From positions 20,646,001-20,710,000 of the forward strand of contig NC_086378.1 of NCBI RefSeq assembly GCF_036588685.1: a stretch of DNA of 64,000 bases, in the 5' to 3' direction. Shown here in pieces: positions 41,901-53,900 of this stretch. The stretch's first letter is position 1; each line of letters begins with the position of its first letter. The notes under the pieces were generated by a model. It did not search any database. It was not told where the DNA came from and worked only from the letters and a program-made list of their open reading frames with translations. The DNA is from Mytilus trossulus. Lineage: Eukaryota. Made by a program: the position numbers and the translations under genes.

Positions 41901-44900
41901 ATGTACGGTAGTAATAAATTCACGAAAAGCCTATCCATTACTGCATTAGTTGTCGTATATATGACATTTCGTAATAAATTTTCATTTCATTCTTAGAAAA
42001 CTAAACGAAGTAACCAAATTTAGTTTTTTTTTATATTATTAAACAAAGTCATTACTGACAGTCTTTACACATGAAAAATGTCTATAAATGACAAAATACA
42101 GTTGAAAAATAAATTTCTTTTACTAACCGTTTTTTTATGCTGCATTTAAAAACAAAGTCTGTCATTGTAGCATAATCTTCTTTATTTTTATTTTTGACAC
42201 CCTTTTGAAACTCTACTAATCCTACCACAGGGGCGGATGCAGGAATTTTTGAAAGGGGGGGTGCTAACCCAGGGCAAAGGGGGGGGTGCAAAACATATGT
42301 CCCGATACAAATGCATTGATCGACAAAAATAAAGGGGGGGTGCGCACCTCCGGAACCCCCCCTGGATCCGCCACTGTACCACAACCCAGGGTTGATGTCG
42401 AATTAACTCGGGTAGGTTCAAAAGGTAAAACTCGAGGGGTTTGATTGTCAGTCGAGTAAACTCAACAGACTATACTAACCCCAGTTGGACGATAAGTAGG
42501 CCGCGATGAAAATATTAATAAAATATACACAAATTACCTCAAATGAAATATCATCTGACTGTTGAGGATGAACTGCAGTTGAACTTTTGAACTTCTTTGG
42601 TTTTGTTGCTTTACTGTCTGTACTTTCTGACAATGTCCTTTTGTTGGAACTTTTTTCCTTGGTGTTTACAAAGGCAGTTACACTACTTCTGAGCTGAAAT
42701 AATCAAAAAGCTTTTTTTTTTACAAAAATAAAGAAAAAGTGTTCCTGTACTTAACACTTCATGCAGTGTACACTTACGACTTTATGTACAGTACATGAAA
42801 CAACTTTTTTTAACATATATATACAAAACATGATAGAAATCAATAAAAGCTAATTAGATGCATCACATGTATTTCACAAATTATTTTTTTTCACCAAGAT
42901 ACATTGTACCTGATTTACAATGTGTTTCAATGCTTCACATAGCATTGAGTAGATATTGTGAGCCCCAAAACATGTTGTGTTTACTGCATTTTACAGTGAA
43001 ACCTGTCTTAACTACAAAATGTAGCTAGTTTTAACCGAATCATAAATAAACAAAGAATGTAAACATATAGTCAGCATCACATTTTTCTGTGTTTAACCCT
43101 CTTTTTGCCAGATTCAAATTTCAAACAACGTTACGTACGCCACAATACATGTAGTTTAGGACGTTCACAGTATTTTGTTTCATTTTCAAAATTCAAAATG
43201 CACAATGTGACGTCTTTAAAATTACAATTCAGACAATTTGATTTGTTTTAAAAAAGTACACAAATTAAGAAATTGCTACATTACATATTCAAATTTTACT
43301 TTATATCATTTATGAGGAAGTTTATTTCAGAAACAGCTTTGTAATCATAAAAATTAAAACCAGTGATTTTGTCATTGAAAAGGACATATGTGATCGTGTG
43401 GCAAGCTATCAGTGATGGACACATATGTCCGTGTGGCAGCAAGAGGGTTAAGAAATCTTTGTAACTGTGTCACCAACGGGGAAAGCAGGTCTATAACCGC
43501 TCCACTCTGTCCGTCAAAGACAGTGGCGGATCCAGGGGGGGGTGCGCACCCCCCCTTTGCCCTGGGTGCCCTGGGTTAGCACCCCCCTTTCGAAAATTCC
43601 TGCATCCGCCCCTGAGAGAGACGCTAAATAATGTGTTGTGTGTGACACAGGATTTTATGAAAATTTTAAGTGTGAACTTCGATGGCGGATCCAGGGGGGG
43701 GGGGGGGGGGGGGGGTTGTCCGGGGGTTGGAACCCCCCTTTTTTCAGGATGATCAATGAATTTGAATGGGGACATATAGTTGGAACCGCCCCTTTGTCTG
43801 GGGTTAGGAACCCTCTTTTTAAAATGGCTGGATCCGCCCCTGCCCTTTCACGAGATCACCCCCACTTTTTGGTGGGATTCGTTTAGTTTTCTATGTTGTG
43901 TTTAGTGTACTCTTTGTCTGTTTCCTTTTTAGGCATGGCTTTGTCAGTTTATTTTTACTTATGAGTTTGAATGTCCCTTTGGTATCTTTCGCCCCTCTTT
44001 AACTTTCAGGTGACATCATTGGGTCATAAAAAATAATTCATAATTGGTGTATATATATATATGTACAGTTACAAAGTTATGTGATATGCTTACAAATATC
44101 CCCTAAAGTACAACATCCCGAGTGTAGAAATTCAGTACTCAGCCTCCCCCTTTTTTGTATCCTCCACATATGTGTTCATGTGTCCTGTGTGCACTATAGT
44201 CTTTCCCCTATAATGCTATATTTTATCTGTAGGACCATAAGCATGTGAAACAAGACTGACAGAAAAACAAGTAAATTCTCATAATTACCTGTGCCTTCCG
44301 TCTCTTCTCCTGAAATATTTTGGTAGAAGTCCTTTCCTTTTGACGATCAGCTACACCAGGGCCAGGTTTTACTAAGGTTGGAACTGCTCCAGGCTTCAGT
44401 GTGAGTCTTCCAGATTTAAACCCCAGGGATTCAGCCATCAGATTCCTTTCAAAACAATCTTGTTCAAAATGTTCCTCACAAACAACTCTGCCTTTACTCC
44501 ACACAAAAGTTTCGATTTTCAGTTTATCATTGCGCAAATGATCTATCCAAAGTTTGCAGAGTTTACGTTTCTCGCTAGATTTTAACGGATCTGGTATTTC
44601 AAAAAAGCTCTTCCCACACTTTCCTCTTTCATTTACACAATTGATAGCTTGACAAGACGGCATAATATCGTATTGTTGAAAGAAAAATTTGATGAATATG
44701 GTTGCTTCTGGTTAGACCGGAACAGTAGGGATGACGTGGCAAATTTCAACTTCTGTACTCTCCAATACAGAAGAGCTCCTCAAAATGTCGATCTCCAGTA
44801 ATTGGCGGGAAATTTAAAATTTTTATATTTAAACTAACGGGTTTGACGTTTCTGAGCATAATTTTGAATAACTTTAAACAGTAAACCTTATTATTAACAA

Positions 44901-47900
44901 TAATTCTTTCAACTGAGCTAAAAAAAAAATTTGGGTTTCCTTCTCCTTTAAGAAATAGGTATCCCATTATGCCCTATTCTTGTCTCAATCGTCAACAAAT
45001 AATTTGTGGTTGTTCCAATGAAAATTAATTGATATTGGATTACTGTGGATTCATTATTATTCGTTGGATACCAATTTTCGTGGGTTTCGTTGGTACAGGT
45101 GAACCATGAATGAAAATGTTCAACGAATATCATATTTTTAATAGACCTTGTATACAGAGATTGGCAAAACCATGAAAACAAATATCCACGAATATGCAAG
45201 TTTTTAGCAATCCACGAAAATTGATACCCACGAAAATAAATGAATCCACAGTAATTTGACTATTTTTTGCTCATCCCTTGTTCATATCAAGTTGTACAAG
45301 TGTACTTTTTTTTGTTGGTAAATTCAGGAAATGAAGAGAAAAGCCAAGATGACCCAAGAAGAAATAGAGGAAGATGAGGAGGATGACTATGTCAGTGATG
45401 AAGATGATAATGATTTAACAAGGTCATGTGACAATCTACAGGTCTTCTGTGTCAGCTCATCTGAATACCAAAAATTAAACAACAGACTAACAGATGATGG
45501 ACCACCTACGGTATGTTTTTTTTTTTTTTAAATTTGATAAATGCAAATATGGAAATCTGCTTTATTCAAAATAAAGAAGAAAAAAAATTAGAAAGTTAGT
45601 AGTATTTAGATTCTATTTCAGTAATATCATGAAATGGTGAAGTCTGAATATGACCAATTCCAATCAAATTATAATTCTGTCTACATAGACAGCAGAATGT
45701 ATGTTTAGGTATTTCTACATCATTTTAAATTGAAAATAGCCGTCACCTTTTGATGGTAGCAATCTGAAATGAAGATTTGGTAAGGGACAACATCAAAAGT
45801 TCAATGTAGGATAAAAAACTTAATTCACATAGTTTTTTCACTGACCCCCACACCCCCCTTCCTAATTTAATTTGGGAAAAATTGATTTACCAATAGGGAT
45901 ATATGTAAAAATCGATTTTAGACAATCAAAACTTGCAGAATTTTAACCCCCCACCCCCAAACTATTTGATTGAAGTTTTTTATCCTACATCGATCTTTTG
46001 ATGTCGGCTCTAATATAAACTGTGCAGAAAATTGCGTCTGACATGGAATCTGACATTATGATGTTATACCCTTACACGTTTGAATTTAAAGGATCATAAA
46101 ATATTAGTTATAAGAAGTATTTAAGTGCGCAACTTTGCAATAATATTTTTACTTGTTTGGAAAACGTTTGGATTAACATCATAGAAATGCTCCTTGCAGC
46201 AAAGGACATATTTGTCCAAAGTGAGTTCAGCAGATTCTATGCAACCATCAAATACATAGCTGTCAATTGACCCGTATTCTGTGGATGTGACCCGAGATTT
46301 TCACAATTCTGAGGGATCACCCGGATCACCCGCTGGGTCATTGAAATAACCCGGGGATTCCAAAAATGACCCTTATTTCTTAGCCTTGAGATTGATTTTA
46401 TAAGTAATATAGTCGAAATACCAGCAAATTCGTAATTCTTCCATAAACAGAAAGTTCATCTAGCTATGTAAACTGTCAAGTTAAGTGACCCATTAAGTGC
46501 ATGGCTTCACTTGACAGCTTTGGTGTCAAACACACTGTTAATTAACACCAATTACCCTAGCTTTAGGTCGTAAATAAATTGCACTATTGGTTTGCAAAAA
46601 TATTTCAACCAAGATTTACTTCCCCTTATTTGTCACCATTCAAAATTATTCCTTATATTTACGTTTTATGGGTGAAAAAGATTTAATAATCAAAATATTA
46701 AATTCAAATACATATTGAAAAATAACTTATCATTATTTTTATACCTTTATACAATTTAAAAAAAAAAAGTTGAAAATTATATTTTACATTTATACTTCCT
46801 TTAACTGTATTACATGTACTATATTTTATCATAGTCTAATTTCCTTTTAAACTGACAATCCATCATGAATACAGTCACGTCTCAGTCCTTACAGCTGAAC
46901 GGACGTGCTGGGTCAGCTCTCCTTTACCCGCTATCTTCGATGAGGGTTTATTGCTAGATGGTCAACGACATACTACTAAGATGACAGAAACCAATCCATG
47001 CCGTACAGAGAGACGTAGTAGTTGGCGTACCCGCGTTAACATGCCTCCAAAACCATTGTCTATTATGGGGAGTGTCATGCCTATTAACGTCCGAGGGCTG
47101 TATCCTAGGCTGTTGGGTGATACGACCTTCATTTTACTGCCTCACGGCTTTGGTCCTGATAACGCTTCCTGTCATCTTTAAAACTACGTCCACGATTCAT
47201 CTGCCAGTACTCCTTCATCGAGGCTAGCGGGCTGCCAAGCTGACCAAACTGGCCCTGAAAGCAGCCGTTAGTGAAGAAAAACATCAAAATAGTAAACAAA
47301 GAAAAATCAACTCACCAAAACCAAGATGGCGGCCTACATATTGCGACCTCCACTACTTGTTCCTGACCCATGGCATCAAATCATTTAAAGCTCACCAAAC
47401 GCCTTCGGGCACCGAGCCGACCGTGCGAGGGCTGAAAGGCCAGTCAAGGTCGTTAAACACTTCCATATATATATTTTAAACTGAAAGATGGTATATTTGA
47501 AATCTACATAGTCAGTAGTGTCAAACCTTTTGAAATTAAATTTGAATAATAAATTGATGTGTTTCATAATCTCAAAAAGGAAACAACATAATACTGTGTT
47601 ATTCAAATGTATAACAAATCTTTAAAAGTGCAATAAAATAATAATTAATAGAATTTAAAATGACTTAACCAAGCGAACATGCATTGTTGTTTTGGTATCT
47701 TTGATATACATTATAAGAAAATGTACCATTAATACTGAAATTCTGCTCGAAAAAGTTTGTACCCGTTATGACCTGAGATTTGATTCTTCAATGCAGGTAA
47801 TGACCTGCATTTTCATCATCACAGGTTGACAGGTATGCAAATATATATATATATATATGTAATAGACGATGCTGAGAATACAGAGATTCCAGCAGTCAGA

Positions 47901-50900
47901 CAATTCATCAGACAGATTTCTATTCATGATTATGATTTCAGGTATTTAATGATGCTAAGGATACAGAGATCCCAGCAGTCCGACAGTTCATTAGACAGAT
48001 TTCTAATCATGATTATGATTTCAGGTATTTGATGATGCTGAGGATACAGAGGTTCCAGCAGTCAGACAGTTCATTAGACAGATTTCTAATCATGATTATG
48101 ATTTCAGGTATTTGATGATGCTGAGGATACAGAGATCCAAGCAGTCAGACAGTTCTAATCATGATTTTGATTTCAGGTATTTAATGATGCTGAGGATACA
48201 GAGATCCAAGCAGTCAGACAGTTCATTAGACAGATTTCTAATCATGATTTTGATTTCAGGTATTTAATGATGCTGAGGATACAGAGATCCCAGCAGTCAG
48301 ACAGTTCATTAGACAGATTTCTAATCATGATTTTGATTTCAGGTATTTAATGATGCTGAGGATACAGAGATCCCAGCAGTCAGACAGTTCATTAGACAGA
48401 TTTCTAATCATGATTTTGATTTCAGGTATTTAATGATGCTGAGGATACAGAGATCCCAGCAGTCAGACAGTTCATTAGACAGATTTCTAATCATGATTTT
48501 GATTTCAGGTATTTAATGATGCTGAGGATACAGAGATCCCAGCAGTCAGACAGATCATTAGACAGATTTCTAATCATGATTATGATTTCAGGTATTTAAT
48601 GATGCTGAGGATACAGAGATCCCAGCAGTCAGACAGTTCATTAGACAGATTTCTAATCATGATTATGATTTCAGGTATTTGATGATGCTGAGGATACAGA
48701 GATTCCAGCAGTCAGACAGTTCATTAGACCCATTTCTAATCATGATTATGATTTCAGGTATTTGATGATGCTGAGGATACAGAGATCCCAGCAGTCAGAC
48801 AGTTCATTAGACAGATCTCTAATCAGAAGAGAGAAGAAGCCACAAAAAGACTCATACAGAATCTGGCAGTTTTTATCTATGACATACAAAACTACTTAAC
48901 AGAAAATGGTCTTACAGTATGTATTCTTTTTATTAAACTGTAAATAATTATAAACTAGTTTGCTATGACAGTGTCTTTGATGATGTTTTAGATTTCAGTA
49001 TATATAATCTGTATTTCTAAAATAGTTTGTTATGACAGTGTTTTGTTTGAACATATTTTATTTACTCAAAGTAAAATGGATTGGACACAAGTAAGCCATA
49101 ATGACAATGTTTTTGGTGATATTTAAAAATTTCAGTGTATGTAATGTATGTATGATGGGTCGTCGTAACAATGAATGGCTTACCTTTTGCTTTTAGTATA
49201 GAAAAAAAAAATATTCATATACCACTTCCCATTTAAGTTTTTGATATGCTTTTGAATTTTTTCTATTCCTGTAATTTTTCCAATAGGGCTTGATACAATG
49301 TATAACTACGATTTTATTTATGTGTTTTTTAGAACAAAAACGACAGGTTTACAGTACAATCAGCAGTAGAAGATTTTTCCTCAAGGTTACATGAAGAGTT
49401 ATCTCCCATACTAGAAAGCCTACAACAAGATGTTGGCCATGAACTAGACAGTAGTATAGCAGCACGATTAAACAGAGGTGTAGAGGTTGCTGTCAACAGT
49501 GCAATAGAAACCTGTAAAGGTTGGGGCTCAGCTGTAAGTTTACCATGATATATAGACAGAAAATGCATATCATTTGAATAAAGATTTCAATTTCAAATGC
49601 ATGAACTTTTAAAGAGGGATTTGAGCTACAATTTTGATAATGAAATTAAAACATTTGTTTCTATTGTTAATAATAACAATGGAATATAAGAATAATTTTT
49701 AGTTATGTGCAGTGAGTATAAAATATTGCTGATGTATTCTTGACTTGCATCTTTATAAACAAACAAAAAACGAGAACCATATGAACAAACGACAAATACT
49801 GGACATAAGATTTCAATGATAATAAGGCTAACCTTTGTCTTTTTCTAGTTTTAAATATTTATTTTAGGTAAAAAAAGAAGATAAAAACAAAGGAGGGTTA
49901 TGTTTCTCTACTTACAAAGCAACAGTACGTAGATATGGTAATTTTCAATCACCCACTGCAGGCTTGATCGACTTCAACGAAAATTTAGCAGAACCACTAA
50001 CTACGAGCATAAGTATAGTATGGACCAAATTCTTTAGGTGAGAACCATATCAAATAAGTGTAATTATTATGTTTGAAGATGCTTCTATTGTTTATTTAAA
50101 AACAAAACATAACGTTGGTATTTTAAATTTAAGTCATAGATACTGTAGAAACTTTAACTTTCATGGGGATTTAATTTCGTGGTTTCCAAAAAATTGAAGT
50201 GATTAATTGTATGTAGGTGAAATTTTCATGTTTTTTTTTTTATTTCGTGGTTTCCAAAAAATTGAAGTGATAATTATATGCAGGTGAAAATTTGATGTTT
50301 TTTTTTATTTGTCGATATATTCTTTCCACGAAATAAACGAATGTAAAACCTCATTCAAAATTTCTGCTTTTTCAGTATAGACTAACAGAGGATTCTCAAT
50401 TTTTTATCACCCCTTTCTGGAAGCTTGTACTCATCTCAATCTAGTTGTTTCATTAATTATTTTTGAGCAAGCCAAAAAAACTTAATTTTTTGCACATTTC
50501 ACATAAAAATGATGAAATATTTTATTCTTAAGAATGCATTTTTTTGTGTGCAGATTCAATATCATCATTGCCAGTTTATGGTTATGGAACATTTTGGATC
50601 ATAGGTTGCGGTCAAAGGTTTCCTCATCCTTTACGATGAGAAAAAAATGCATAAAATCCTTGTATTTTGACAATTTATCCAAAATATGCTGATTTTGAAG
50701 CAACAAGTGTTCTCTTAATGAAGAGCTTTATGTTGGAAAAGAACTAAGGCTTTTGAAATTGATTCATTAGCATGATATAAAAACCAAATTAAGGCCAACT
50801 TGAAATTTTATGTTAAAGTTGAAATTCAAGGCTGTAGTTGGCATGAGGTCACCATTGTGCGTTTTTATGTTAAGTTTTATCCAATTTTAGTGTTGATTTG

Positions 50901-53900
50901 TGGAACCTTCTTGAGAGATACAAGCTGAGAATACTGAGTACATTACGGTCCTTCACTGGCAAACTTTGTGTAGAACTGATGTCTTGTAATGTATCAAGAA
51001 ATCAATTGGATACAGCACAAAGACAATTCCATTTGATTTCTGGAACAAAGGTAATATTTACAAATACTGCTTTATTAGCATTTCAGTATTATTAAAAAGT
51101 ATTTATATAATAGTATATTTTTTCTTTTAACGTCTCCTCCATGGAATTTTTTTTCTCACTTACTTGATTCACATAGGATTTTTTCAATAAAAACAATTCA
51201 TCAAGTTTGAAGTATAAATGCATTGTGAAAACGAATATTTCATCAATGAAATTCAAGTCAGATATTCTTATGAAAGTCCTTTTCATATTGGATACTAATT
51301 TTTTTAAGTTTGATGAAGACATTTTGTATTCAAAGCGTTTCAACTGAGGTACTACACAGGTGTCAAAAGGCGTCATTATGGAGGAAAGGGGGTGGCGTCA
51401 AAGAGCGTCATTATGGAGGAAAGGGTTAAGCATAACTAAGAACAATACTATTAACCCAATCAACAGCTGAATGTACAATTAATAGTACCAATATATCCAC
51501 GGAGGGAACATATACATGTACAATTAACAATTAAGATTCATTTTGTCATGTCTGGTGATTTGTTTATTTGGCAATCGCCAGTCAGCAGGGTTTGAGAACA
51601 TCCTTTGTTTGACCTGCTAGTAGAATGTAATTTGTTAAAATATTCTTTTTCCCTTTTTTTGTCTTTTGGAAAATTTTGTTTGTGCTGTATTTAAACCCCT
51701 CTACCAAGAAATTTGTTTTGCATGCACACATATAAAAATTGCAGATTTAGCTTAGCTTTGAACATTGTTTTCAATTTAGACTTGTTGATATATATATATC
51801 TGTCAGTGCACTAAATCCATTTCAGTTAGGAAGGATTTATTATTATTATACCCCCGCTTTAAAAAAGGGGGGGTACTGTTTTACCTCTGTCAGTCCGTCC
51901 GTCCCATGAATATTTTTGTCGCATTTTTCTCAGGAACTACAATACAAGGATTTCTGAAATTTGGTTTCAGGGTTTATCTAAGTCAGCTATACCGTGTGAT
52001 CCGTTTTCAGATTAATCACTTGACAACTTCCTGTTTACCGAACACTTGTATGATTTTACACATGATAGCCAAGTTGAAAATTTTCGTCACATTTTTCTCA
52101 GGAACTACAATACAAGGATTTCTGAAATTTGGTTTCAAGATTTATATAAGTCAGCTTTACCGTGTGATGCGTTTTCAGATTCATCACTCGACAACTTCCT
52201 GTTTACCGAACACTTGCATATTTTTACACTATTAATATTATCCACATGCGGCGGGGGTATCATCAGTGAGCAGTAGCTCGCAGTTTCACTTGTTCATATT
52301 GTTATCTAGGATGCCTTATGATGGCTTGATACCAACCCCTCTTTTTGAAACTTTTTGCTTAGTTAAAAATGTCAGTTTCTGATAATTAGGTCCTAGGGGA
52401 TCGGTCATGGTAAATCAATGATATTGTGTGTGCAGTTGTATCAAATTAGCAGGTATCATATCTAGGAAATATTTTGGTAAGTTTTTTTTAATTTTATTTA
52501 CAAATACTCTTCTATTTTAATTAATAGAATTGCAAATGTATATTTTTTCTTTATGAATAATCTTTCATTTTAGTTGACAGAAATGATTAGGAATTTACAA
52601 GAGTTTGTTATAGAAAGACAGAGAGATATGAACAGGATATTTCCTCCAACTATTAAGGTAAGAGAGTTTGTTATAGAAAGACGGAGAGATATGAACAGGA
52701 TGTTTCCACCAAATATTCAGGTAAGAGAGTTTGTAATAGAAAGACAGAGAGATATGAACAGGATGTTTCCACCAACTATTCAGGTAAGAGAGTTTGTAAT
52801 AGAAAGACAGAGAGATATGAACAGGATGTTTCCACCAACTATTCAGGTAAGAGAGTTTGTAATAGAAAGACAGAGAGATATGAACAGGATGTTTCCACCA
52901 ACTATTCAGGTAAGAGAGTTTGTAATAGAAAGACAGAGAGATATGAACAGGATGTTTCCACCAACTATTCAGGTAAGAGAGTTTGTAATAGAAAGACAGA
53001 GAGATATGAACAGGATGTTTCCACCAACTATTCAGGTAAGAGAGTTTGTAATAGAAAGACAAAAAGATATGAACAGGATGTTTCCACCAACTATTCAGGT
53101 AAGAGAGTTTGTAATAGAAAGACAGAGAGATATGAACAGGATGTTTCCACCAACTATTCAGGTAAGAGAGTTTGTAATAGAAAGGCAGAGAGATATGAAC
53201 AGGATGTTTCCACCAAATATTCAGGTAAAGAGAGTTTGTTATAGAAATACAGAGGGATATGAACAGGATGTTTCCACCAACTATTCAGGTAAGAGAGTTT
53301 GTTATAGAAATACAGAGGGATATGAACAGGATGTTTCCACCAACTATTCAGGTAAGAGAGTTTGTTATAGAAAGACAGAGGGATATGAACAGGATGTTTC
53401 CACCAACTATTGAGGTAAAAGAGTTTGTTATAGAAAGACCGAGGGATATGAACAGGATGTTTCCACCAACTATTCAGGTAAGAGAGTTTGTAATAGAAAG
53501 GCAGAGAGATATGAACAGGATGTTTCCACCAACTATTCAGGTAAGAGAGTTTGTTATAGAAAGACAGAGGGATATGAACAGGATGTTTCCACCAACTATT
53601 CAGGTAAGAGAGTTTGTTAAAGAAAGACAGAGGGATATGACCAGGATGTTTCCACCAACTATTCAGGTAAGAGAGTTTGCTATAGAAAGACAGAGAGATA
53701 TGAACAGGATGTTTCCACCAACTATTCAGGTAAGAGAGTTTGTTATAGAAAGACAGAGAGATATGAACAGGATGTTTCCACCAACTATTCAGGTAAGAGA
53801 GTTTGTTATAGAAAGGCAGAGAGATATGAACAGGATGTTTCAACCAACTATTCAGGTAAGAGAGTTTGTAATAGAAAGACAGAGAGATATGAACAGGATG

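Larger units (their letters stand above)
34015..44947 (-). mobile_element. Complete autonomous-type Kolobok DNA transposon (10.9 kb) in the intron between exons J and K
   Basis: TTAA at 34011-34014 and 44948-44951. Perfect 14-bp TIR AGGAGAAGGAAACC / GGTTTCCTTCTCCT (RR...YY ends). Convergent THAP-DDE transposase and KolX-like genes, the canonical Kolobok arrangement. Confidence 0.9.

Noticed and set aside
42082-43886. Gly/Pro-rich short ORFs
   Set aside because: They derive from G/C homopolymer runs in GC-rich MITEs.
34015-44947. piggyBac or P-element classification
   Set aside because: TTAA fits piggyBac and THAP fits P elements, but the AG..CT termini, the GDGRxDSPG/TDRH/DxWH/LExFH core and the convergent KolX gene fit Kolobok.
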